A program made the translations under genes and the position numbers. DNA of 64,000 bases, taken from assembly GCA_964036045.1 (NCBI GenBank), contig OZ038378.1, positions 183,768,001 through 183,832,000 on the forward strand. The letters run 5' to 3'. The DNA comes from Eutreptiella sp. 'Long Island Sound 2002'. Taxonomy: Eukaryota > Protista > Euglenida. The notes under the pieces are model-generated. The model searched no databases, was not told the origin of the DNA, and saw only the letters and a program-made list of their open reading frames with translations. Numbering within the stretch: the stretch's first letter is position 1; every line of letters begins with the position of its first letter. This document shows positions 14,057 to 24,338 of this stretch, in pieces.

Positions 14057-16483
14057 TCACAATGCTTCAGCCTTCAGTTTCCGGGGAGGTGGATGATATC
14101 GATGAGGGGGTCCCTGTTCTTCAGCAACACAATTACCAACCAACGTAAATGGCATCAGAACTGTCGATGGTTGCCCTGATGCCCAGCACATCATGTTCTC
14201 TAGCAAACCTGAGCTCCATGATTGAAAACAACTTGTTAAGCGTGTCAAGAAAGTCTCACGGCCCCAACCGGTGTGTGGGGTAGCTACTTTTAGTTGGTGC
14301 CCCAGGGCTTCCGTGGCTTGACACGCAAAGGCCCCCACCTCTACACTGCAGTTGGAAAACACATGATTGAGCTCACGAGCAAGCTCATGACAATATCGCA
14401 AAAGCGCCAATAGGGGAACATATCATCTAGGGTGTCCCAGATTGAGCGCAATGTGTGTGCCAGAGTTTGAGCTAGCTCAACACCCTCATGCACTTGCTCA
14501 CATGTGACCTTGAAAGCCTGAACAATGGGGACTAAATCACAGAATGCTTGCACGAGGGTGGGTACTTCAGTGTGAGCCAGCGATGTATGGCATGCAAGAG
14601 AGCGGAGCACATCACGTTGGTATTCTACGTGTTGCCGATCACATGGAGATTACATACTTCGTTTCGGGATATTCTGTGCAAAACAGATCAAATACTTCCC
14701 CACCCTCCACCCCACGGAAGACCTCAATGACCCGGAGGAGTCGCACTAACCAATTGGTGAGGAAATGCAGGCAAAAATCTGTGTGCACGCACATGAGGAA
14801 GATATACTCCTCTGGATCTGCTAAGGGACTGCCCAAGTGGCAGCGGGAGGACGGACCCGCTGCACAACAATAGCACTTGTGTTGTGAATTGAAAGACTGC
14901 ACGTGACGCTGAGCAAACAATGTTACCATATCTGCTGACAAACTATTGTCTAGGCAAACGAGGGTGTCCACAGTGCTTATGTGCAGGGTGCGCCCCTGAG
15001 CAAAGAAAACAATTCGTCGATTACCCGCTTTAAATATTTTTGCCTGTTGATTGGTGTATCTTTGCCACTGTACAAGCAGAGGAGGTGGCTCGACCAAACA
15101 GTGCACCACTTGTCACCATACTATAAAAAATTGACCGAGAAGTGCGCGACACTTCCGGGCAACATTGCACCATATTGTACCACAAGTGGGGCATCAACGC
15201 CGCACATACCAATCAATTTCAGCTCTGTGGCATCTGCATGGATGCCTAAAATGGAACGCAGTGGCTTGCGGTTGAGCAACTGTGGCGGAAAATCGGACAT
15301 TAGGCGATACTGAGAGTTATCATCACCGTTCAATTGCTCCTTGCTGGCAAAAGCATTCGTGACTTCTGTGATACCTTCCCAACTGTGCAAGATTTTCGGA
15401 AATGGAACTCCATTGGCACAGTGGCGTCGCGTACCATTAGTATTATTTGTATTGTACAGAACGATCTGGTATAGAGCTTGTTTAAGCACAATTGAGGTTG
15501 TCAAATCAAACGACTGCTCTCACTCAGAAACCATGCTTGCACACGTACTTTTCCGGTGTCCAATTTTGTCACCAACAGGAATCAAGATGCGGCGCCACAG
15601 GTGTTGGTCACAAAAAGTGACACGATATGATACCACATGGTCTTCTACAAAGCGCAGGTTTACACCCCCTGCTTTGTTCCATCCATTCAAAATGCCCTGC
15701 AACCCTTTTGGTAACTCATCACCACAAGCGCCCTTCGAAGAAATGTGATCACCGACCCCGTTGGCTGATAACGTTTCTTGGCGAAGAAATGTGAGTAGAT
15801 AATATTTCTCGGCGAAGAAAGGTGAGTAGATAACATTTCTTGGCCAAGAAATGCTATCATGTCACGTTTCCTGTATAGTATCCGCATTATAGGGCGAGGC
15901 CTTGGCATTGCATGCTGCATCACCTGTGGGCTGCAACATGCGAGAGCTCAACAACAATTCTTGGATGGGAGTCACAGGTAGCCAGAAAGGAGACCATAAC
16001 ACTGTTCGAACTACGCTCTTTGTTGTGAGCTTTCCTGTGCATGTTGATTTGCGTTTCCGCACTTTCAGCAAGGGTGTGGATGTACTTCAGGAATCCCAAA
16101 TCTCGGCAACACTCAAAAGTCTATGCTGCAGTACTTAGATGTATGGATAGTTGAGAGCTAAAACTTGGTTGATTTGTTTGGATATCTTTCTTGCCTTTAT
16201 GGATACAACTCTCAAGCAAAGCGAACCATGAACACGGTAATTTTCTTTTGTGACATGATAGGCTGGTGCGGCGGACTTCCCTGGGGACCGCTTGCTTCAG
16301 TGTCCTCCGGGACCACAAGCGGAATGTGGGCCCCGTGTGCCGGGCACGAAGGTGTGCGTCCCAGGACATCCCACCGGCGTCTGTCGTGTTCGTCGAGGTG
16401 ACGACACAGCCCCGCGGCCTGGGACAGGACGTATGGCCGGTGGTCCCTGACAACATGTGGCGGCTTGAACACGCGGCCACCAT
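14057..16483 (-). mobile_element. Decayed Transib/RAG1-related (Transib/Chapaev-type) DDE transposase pseudogene
   Basis: Stitching minus-strand frames across stops and frameshifts gives, in order: LGIHAD (D, 15234-15232), HFSVNFL...LLCLYSGKD...YLKRVIDEL, LSADMVTL (D, 14932-14930), SQHKCYCC (CxxC), TDFCLH, RYCHELAREL, VGAFACQATE (E, 14311-14309). The N-terminal limit is uncertain. Confidence 0.65.
15767..15853 (+). repeat. 31-bp tandem repeat x~2.8 interrupting the transposase pseudogene
   Basis: gataacgtttcttggcgaagaaatgtgagta / gataatatttctcggcgaagaaaggtgagta / gataacatttcttggccaagaaatg. Confidence 0.9.
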
Positions 16484-17735
16484 GTGATCACTGCTGGGAG
16501 GAGTGCGCTGGTAAACGATGTCGCGCTGAAATCAGGGTTGAATGGCCCCCGGGAACCTAGCGTTAGCTGGGTGGGGGCCATTCAATGCGGTCCCTGCCAT
16601 CAACCCCGCGGGAAGAAGCCCCAAAAGAAAGCTAGCCCAAAAAAGTGTGTTCTTATTGCCTGCCCCTGGTGCCACACTGTCAGGGCATGCAAACAGGTGA
16701 CAGAATTGTCCCCGACCTCTTGGCACCTAAGTGACACAATGCAGTTTTTTGGTGTAGCATCCAGCATCCCCCTTTTCTTTTGTGGCCTATGCCAAGGCAA
16801 CCTAGGGAAATTTCACCGTGTGTTCAATGCACTCCTTCACAGCCGCCCTAGTGTGCTCAGTTCACAGGAGACACAACAAAGCCCACCCTTGTGAAGTGTT
16901 GTAAAGGGGCATGTCAAATTGCCCCTGAGCGTGTTAACTGTTTATTCATCCTCAACCCCCTAAGACAAGTGGGCCAAAGTAGGGGGGACTTTCATCCTTC
17001 TTTTGAAACCATAGTAAGGTGTAGTAAAGAACAAAAGTATCCCAATAGCTATTGACCAATGCCTTTCGCACCGATGGCCGTTGGGCTTGGCAACTCAGTG
17101 TGGCCAAAGGCCAAGGAGGGAGTTTGTGTATGGGATCATTTGCGAACCATCGGCTTTCTGGACCGACAAATTGTCCTTGTGAGCATCCTCTGTGCGAGGC
17201 TCAAGGATTGTGTGTGATAGCCGAATGTGCCTAGTTCCACAAAATTTCGTCCTTTTCTTGTTCGTATCTCATTAGAGTCTCGCCAAAAAGGTGCCACTTG
17301 AAGTGCACCACCAACATTCCTTGTAGTGCGCGTGATATATATACATATTGTTATGGTAGTCATGTGCCATCGGGGGTGCCCACCCTCGCAGGCGGTCGCA
17401 GGCGGTCGCAAGCGCTTAGGATGCCCTTTTTTGGCCAAACCCCCTTTTGAGGGCTCCACGCAAGTGCACAATGGTAGTTTTCACCACATTTTTGTTTTAA
17501 CCGAAAAAAAGGGTTTTGCACCCGAAAGTAACGGTTGCATAGGTGGATGGCGTCTTGACTATGACAAAAAGTGACAATGGGGTCTAAAGGACCAAATTTT
17601 GCGGCCGTGGCAAATCGGATCCTATTCCCATTTTTGCTGTCCGTTGTCGTGCCCGTGAGGCCCAAAAAGTATTTCGTGGCCTTCATGTAAAAGCCTTGCG
17701 CAAAAATGGGCATCCTCTAGTGGCTTCACAATTCG

Positions 17736-19415
17736 ATGTGCCACCGGTGGTTGCCCGCGTCTTGCGTTCTTTTTTTGGAATTTCATTTTCAAAAAAATTC
17801 CAAAAACCTCATCCCAAAAAATTCCAAAAAAGAGTCCATTGAAGCATTTGTTTTTTTGGGTAAGCACCGGCACCAGGCACCGCGAGCATTCCATCTTTTA
17901 AAATGGAAAACCAATGAACACGTGCCTGATTGGCGGTGGAGACTTGCAGTGTCCCACAAGTTCCATCCCCTCAGACGTACGTCCCGCCTCATAGGCCGTT
18001 GCCTCAGTCTGCTGTTGCGCGAGTTTCACGTAGCCTTCCCTCTCTGGGGATCCCCCAGCATGATTGTTTCTAGAGACATGCACTTCCTGATGCGTTCCCA
18101 CTGTCCTCATTCGCTGTCCCTGTGGGAACGCGACATCGACAATGCGTTCTGGAACCTTGATAAAGATAAGGTGCTGCAGGGGATCAAACAGGCATGCACT
18201 GTGGTGAAGTCGTACAGAAAAATAAGAGGTGATGTTTTTTTCAGCATTGCTAAGGGTAACTTGAAGTCTCTGGATCGGATGGGAAAAGCAGCTGCCAGAC
18301 ATTTCCGCGTTGTTTCCAGTGCGGAGTTGCTGTCCTTTGTCGAGTGGGACATGAACCAAAACAACCTGTTTACCCTTTGGGGCATCGTCTTGCGCCAACA
18401 AGTGAAAGGGGTCCCCATAGGGGGATTCCTAAGTGCACAACTGATGTGCCTGTGTCTCTTAGCTGTGGAGTACAATTTCGTCCATTCGCCTGATCGCATC
18501 GCTGTCCTGCGCCCTATCCTGGATAATTGGTCCCCCGACCTGCCCCCCATTTCCCTTACTCCGGGTCCGAGCCTTACTTTCCCATTTGTCTCCATTGTGC
18601 CCCACGACCCACACCATTTCAACAAGAATGGAATGTCTGGTTGGTTTCAGCAGGATGCCACCTGCCTGTTCAAACTCAAAGTCGGTGACCAGACTATCCC
18701 TGTGGTTTGCATCGAGCTATGGGACAGCCACCCTGAGGGCAGGGTGGGAAAAATCATTGACAAGTCGGTTGTCCGTCAAAGACACTTCCTCCGTGGATAT
18801 TTCAGCACATTCATGCCTCTACACTGCATGGTCGCGGAAGTCCTGGAATCCCCCGCACCCTCGCCTGATGCTGTGATCCTGCTTTCCCGATACATGGATA
18901 ACAACTACATAGGTGTTATAAACGTGTCGCCCTGTCACCTGGACGCTGTGCGCACTTTCCTTGCTTCTTTCTACTCAGTGTTGTACGACCTTCCCATGAA
19001 ATGGGAGCCAGAGGGTGATACTGTCTCGTGGTGCGAAGCGTCGCTGTCTACCGACAGCTCTCTTACCCTGAAAGGGGTCCCCCATACCCCCCTGGGCCCA
19101 GAAGATGTCTGTGAGATGTGGCACAGGTGGCCAGACCGTTGGTCACCCAATTGTCGAGTAGTGCTACAATCTATGCTCCCATCCATTATACGTAAGTCCA
19201 TCATTTTTTGCTCCTCCCCTAGGGAGCGACTACTCAACCTGGAGGCGGTGGTCCAGGGGTGTGGCTTTAAGTTATACCCCTGGGCTTGGTGGTGGATGCC
19301 TTTGAGGGTGCGCCTCAAAGACCTGGGGCTTTTGACGTCTGTGCCAATGCACCTTGTAAAGATATGGTACCAAAAAGGTGTTTCCAAGGGAGGGCTTGGG
19401 AGGGCATCCATGTGA
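17736..19415 (+). mobile_element. Penelope-like element (PLE)-type reverse transcriptase ORF, 559 aa, no endonuclease domain seen
   Basis: Uninterrupted intronless ORF with RT motifs in PLE style: APRAFHLLKWK...WRLAVSH (motifs 1/2), ERDIDNAF (A; D at 18132), LRQQVKGVPIGGFLSAQL (B'; 18390-18443), SRYMDN (C; 18891-18902), LPMKWEPEG..VSWCEA (D/E), thumb SIIRKSIIFCSS...GFKLYP. The true start is uncertain because the 5' part is A-run rich. Confidence 0.85.
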
Positions 19416-20183
19416 TACGCACACTTACGTTTGTATTGCAAGTCTGATCTAGTTTTGGCGAAAATCGAACATACTCCATGTTTCAGATTTATGCTTTTGT
19501 TAAGCTGTTGAGCCTCTGCTGTGCACGCTTGCATTGTGTTGACCATCGTCTAGCACCTGAGGAAGAGGGATACAATGACCACTAGGCCGTCTCAAGGTCG
19601 CCGGCGTTGCAAGGCATCTCGAATGTTCGAAAAGATAGGGATGAGCGCAAGGCCCTACAAAAGGCGGCCAAACAAAAGGGGCAAGCGACAGATCCAATGG
19701 AAGCTGACAAGGTGCGTGTTGATCGTGCCAAGCGGCAAAAGGCCAAGGCTCCATGCCTCCAACCACTTGTGTTGACAATGAGGCAACAAGCCATTGCCAA
19801 TGCTACTATTTTGTGCAAGAGACAATTGTGATATGCTCTTCCTTCAATGGGTTAATGCATTGTACACTTGGAGGGACGGACGGAGGGAGGCTGGGCGGGC
19901 TGGAGGGAGTGGGGGAGGGAGTGTATGGGTTATACCATCCGTAGACGTGTAACAAAAAACGGTTGCAAGCGGTCGCAGGCGGTGGGCACCCCCATCGATC
20001 GCACATACAAAGGTGCTTCACAATGACACCCAATCTTCCCATATGCTTTGAATCCAATTTGTACCATTCATTCATTCGTGGTTTGGCAGCTTAATGCCTC
20101 CGTGGGATTAGTCCCATGCCCTAGACCACACAAATTGGTGCTCAACGCAGGTCACAAATGTCCATGGCTTTTATTGGGCATTG

Positions 20184-21206
20184 ATGGCATGTGCCTTCTC
20201 ACTCTTGAAGATGGGGATCATTTGTGCTACAGCCGATGCCATAGTACAAGCCTTTCCATATCATCGGGTACATGGCGCCTCCATTCAAACGATTCGGGCT
20301 AAACGTCTAACCCTCCGGTGCAAGAACACCGGACACATCGTCATGCGATACGGAGGTTTAACGATTTTTGGCGTATTGGCCTACGTGGTCGCTCACGAAG
20401 CGGGGCATGCGATAGTGGCACGTGTGCTACTAGGTTGCCAGGATGTGACAATGCATTTTGGTGATTGCATTGACTCGGCATGTTCTACTTTGGCGGCGCT
20501 CGGTCCAATCCATGTACATTCCTTGAGTGTGCCTAGTGCGTATACAACATATGGCCAATGTGCAAACGGTTCGCATTCGGGATTTCAAGTGGTCGTCACC
20601 ATTGCTGGCCCCTTAGTGGGAGGCATTGTCTCGTACGTGTGCTACAGTCTCTTTTTCCATTGGTGGTTGAAGGCGAACACCCATGGTGCCTCTCATACAG
20701 CGTGGGCAGAATGTTGGCACTACTGGCGGACGCCGTTTGAGACAATTTTGAAAAATGATGAGGCATGCACTCGCTTCGAACAAAGGGTGGCCGTGGGATT
20801 TTGTGCTCTGGGTCTCCTTCTCAACATCGACCGTGGCTTTTATGCTTTGTTTCCGTCCCCCACCTTGTCCTTGCCGTGGAACATGAACCATGGACTAAGT
20901 GAAGGGGACGGAACTAGTTTGTGGGAGACTCTCGGGGCTAGTTTGCCTCTCATGCAACGTATGCAAGCCTTGGCCTGCACTCTTGAATGGCTTGCGTGTG
21001 CCGCGGTATTGTTGAGCGCTCTACGATCAATTTGGGCGATCGATGGCAAAGGGGAGCTCCAATTTGAAGGATATCATCCCAATGGCAAAGTTGCCCAACC
21101 CTACCTCCCAAGGTCCGTTCTTTCATTCGTGGAAGCAAAATCAACTCTTGCGGCTTTGACACCATGCAATCTTGACCTTGTCCCACGATGGACTGAACAA
21201 GAGTGA
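20184..21206 (+). CDS. Intronless M50 / site-2-protease-like membrane zinc metallopeptidase
   Basis: 341-aa ORF (first ATG 20184) with HEAGH in a hydrophobic helix (20394), IAGPLVGG, and a downstream ALFP...EGDG segment that could supply the third Zn ligand; several hydrophobic stretches. Start codon uncertain. Confidence 0.75.
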   Translation: MACAFSLLKMGIICATADAIVQAFPYHRVHGASIQTIRAKRLTLRCKNTGHIVMRYGGLTIFGVLAYVVAHEAGHAIVARVLLGCQDVTMHFGDCIDSACSTLAALGPIHVHSLSVPSAYTTYGQCANGSHSGFQVVVTIAGPLVGGIVSYVCYSLFFHWWLKANTHGASHTAWAECWHYWRTPFETILKNDEACTRFEQRVAVGFCALGLLLNIDRGFYALFPSPTLSLPWNMNHGLSEGDGTSLWETLGASLPLMQRMQALACTLEWLACAAVLLSALRSIWAIDGKGELQFEGYHPNGKVAQPYLPRSVLSFVEAKSTLAALTPCNLDLVPRWTEQE

Positions 21207-22187
21207 TTGTTTCGTTTCATCGCCACGATTCCGGTTTTTGTGGCTGACCTCGACAACTCTAACTATTTCTGTAAAACGCCTCTTGGCCCATGCAAGTTCA
21301 TAGAAACGCCCTTCACAAATGCCATGTGGTCTGCAAACATCCCATGAAACATGCATGATCACTGTAACGGTGGAAGAGGTAGCTGGGCATTGAAAGCCCC
21401 CTCCTTCCACAATGTGAAATTCGGAGAACTATTGTGGAGCTTTTGCTCGTTGCCTTTGGCATCGTGTTGCACACAATGCACGCATGCATGCATGCATGAA
21501 TGACTGAATAAATGGTTCCTGGAACGATGGTTTTGCACATTTGACTCCCACTGACCAAACACGCACACATGGTACATATATTCTTGTCACCAAAGACCAA
21601 AGTTGTTTGGCAGTAAGTTTGTGTTTAGATTAACATCATCCCATGTTTGTGCACCCCTTGGAGTTAACACATCAAGAAATTGGAGGAGGGTTGCGACTTG
21701 ATGCAACCATGCATGAATAAAACGGCCCCGTAACTTGTGCCGTCTCGATCTTGGGCTCTTTCCTTGGATGTTGCAGCACAAACCGTGTGATTCATTGAGA
21801 ATCATGTCGGCCCTTGCAACCGGAGCGCAGTCGGTGTGAGGATGTGCCTTAGACGTTATGTAGCCAATTCTCCCTGATATAGCAGGGGTGACACGACAAT
21901 TTTATTTCGCCCCATTCCTCCCCAAGATAGCAAGGGTCATGTAACCATTGCACTTCTCGCCGATGCAGTACGGGTAAGCAAATGACCCTGTGTGAATCCC
22001 TGTAAGTGAGAATTGTTTGTTGTGGACACCATGTGGACCGCTATGTTATGTTGCACAGTCCCGTCATGTATCTATTTTATTTCTCCCCGATACAAAGGAG
22101 GATACATAGCCTTTTCTGGTTGACCCCAGGGAACAAGCCATAGCCAACCCACGCTCCCCATACGCGCTACATGATTGCGCGGCCTAC

Positions 22188-22780
22188 ATGGGGGACAGGG
22201 AAATGAGGGGCGCCCATAAAGCTTTACGACAGTTTCATAAGAATGTGCACCACCGAGGGAAAAATTTCTTCCCATCACTAAGAATGTGGTTACTCACACC
22301 TTTCCGTACCTCCACCCCACAACCAACAGAGGGATCGGCACGGCAACACCTCCGCCGTTTCTCTAGCGAGTACAAATCCATGTCTATGATGAAGGACCGC
22401 CCACAAGAAGGATTTAAACTGGGCACCCCCACATGGAAGCGGTTTTGTGAGGTCATCAAGCCACCCAAAAAGAAAGCCCCGGGACCAGACAAGATTTCCC
22501 CAGACCTGTTGCAATGGCTCCCCAAGGAACTCCAACGGGATCTCTATTGGGCCATCCTTGACGTATGGGAGACAGGGGAAATTCCATCACATTGGCTGGA
22601 AGCTAGGCTCTCCCTTCTGTACAAGAAGGGCACCACATGTGAGTCGAATGGTCAAGTCCATATACACCCTAAGTACGTGTCATAACGGGAAACTACGGTT
22701 TCCACTAACTAGGGGCATCAAAGAGGGCTGCCGCCTGTCACGGGGCATCACCAGTCTCACCCATGCGCATGCCCGGAGCA
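22188..22780 (+). mobile_element. Non-LTR (LINE) reverse transcriptase remnant with internal deletion
   Basis: KKAPGPDKISPDLLQWLP...VWETGEIPSHWLEARLSLLYKKG (LINE RT N-terminal motifs) is followed within ~70 nt, in another frame, by FPLTRGIKEGCRLS (motif B'); the motifs in between are missing. Confidence 0.8.
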
Positions 22781-23880
22781 AAGAAAACATGTCATAGGTT
22801 AGAGGATGAGGGCCAAACAGAGTTGTGGCGACCCTAGGTCGCTCTGCAGGTAGACTCAAGGGAGGAATATAAGCAGCTCCTTCTTTGTCAACCTCCACCC
22901 CTGTCCTGGACAGGGGAAGAAGCTATGGTATGCTCTGAGAGTGTACTTAGATCCTGAGATTGACTCATACTGTTGCAGTACTATTGCATGTTGCAGTACT
23001 ATGGCAGCTTCCTAAAAAAAAAAACTCTTTGTCATGGATATGAGCAGGATGACCCGCCTCTCTGCAACTCCATCCCAAAGGCTGGGGCATTAGGGCAGGG
23101 GCACAAGCAATTAGCAGGCATTTGACTTGGTAGGACTGTGTCCACGGTATGGTAAATTTTTTTGAGTTTTCGCTGAGCTCTGGGAGAGCTGAAGTCACCC
23201 TGCCCCTCACAAGTGATAGCTGCACAGAAGCTCACAAGCTAGCCGATGGTATGCTTCCCCAGATAGTAGATAATAGATAATGTAAACATGGTGTTTGGGA
23301 ATGTGTTGCCTGCCTCCTCCCTTGGCCTCCCTTGCACGCATGTACAATCTCTCTCCAATGGGATTGAGGGGCAAATACTATGTGCAGGGAAGGTTCTGTT
23401 ATTGTTTCGGCTCCAGAACATCCCTTGATGCTATCCCTCCGTTTGCATCAGAAAAAGGAAGAGTTTACCCTTGATTTGATGATTGGTGCAAGAGTCACAG
23501 CATAGCTGAATGGGAGGTAGGTGCACAAGAACTCGCCACATGCTTGGCTAGTGTGGCGGTCACAATTCCATTCTTGGTCCATATGGTGTGCTCTGCAGCC
23601 TCAGGATCTGGCAGACAACAGTTGCTTTGTCGATTGGTGTTGTGCTCTGTGCTGCCGCCTTTGTGGTACCCCTCTGGTACAAAATGGCCCATGGTCCATC
23701 CCACCTGGGTGGCCGCCATGGCACCACCACTTGCAGAGGTCACCCTGATGTGTGGTGTGGTGTGTGTGGTGTGGCCAAACTGCAATATGCCAGTGGCACA
23801 CCATTTTTTCCCGTAATTGTGTATTTGTGCCAATCCCCCCTATGCGCCTTTGCTTAGTTGCCTTTTCCTTTCATCCTTCA

Positions 23881-23990
23881 CGGCAATCCTGAACCTCAAG
23901 CATAACATGAAACCTTCGACCTCTAACCCTCATCCTTAACGCCAATCCTGGACCTCAAGCATAACATGACACCTTCAACCTCGAACCCTA
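23881..23990 (+). repeat. ~60-bp tandem duplication
   Basis: gcaatcctgaacctcaagcataacatgaaaccttcgacctc is repeated as gccaatcctggacctcaagcataacatgacaccttcaacctc. Confidence 0.8.
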
Positions 23991-24002
23991 GACCACCAAT
24001 GC

Positions 24003-24338
24003 CTAAACATAGTGTTCAAGATCTTTGGTGTTTGCTATACCCCCGCCATACGGGGCATATATGTTGAGTTGCATGGTGCATGACTGGGGATGAGGGTTGG
24101 GATGTGGGCGACATATGTCTTCGGTGATGCGCAGTGGTTGCTCAGGCCATGCTACCTGCACACACCGGACTCGCAGCAAATGGCTTGTCCAGCGAAAAAG
24201 ACCTGTCATTCCGTAGTTTGGCCTTCTGCCAGAAAGTTTGGCTTTTACTAGACAGGGAGGGCTGGGGGTACACGTTATGTGTGACACAGACACTCCACTT
24301 TCTCTGCATGGCGGGACATCATCCAAACAGCTCCACAC
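24003..24338 (-). mobile_element. Possible LINE AP-endonuclease remnant
   Basis: Only a LNIYAPY motif (similar to EEP-family NxYAP) and closeness to the LINE RT remnant; no GDFN motif found. Confidence 0.25.

Noticed and set aside
16900-17735. GIY-YIG endonuclease or pseudo-LTR copy upstream of the RT
   Set aside because: No GIY/YIG motif pair in any + frame; short matches to the RT 3' end (tgggcttgg, ctcaa.ga, caaaaaggtg) have inconsistent spacing.
19550-19640. Hammerhead ribozyme after the PLE RT (CTGAGGA ... GAAA)
   Set aside because: The core pieces are ~70 nt apart and I could not build stems I-III; a covariance-model search would be needed.
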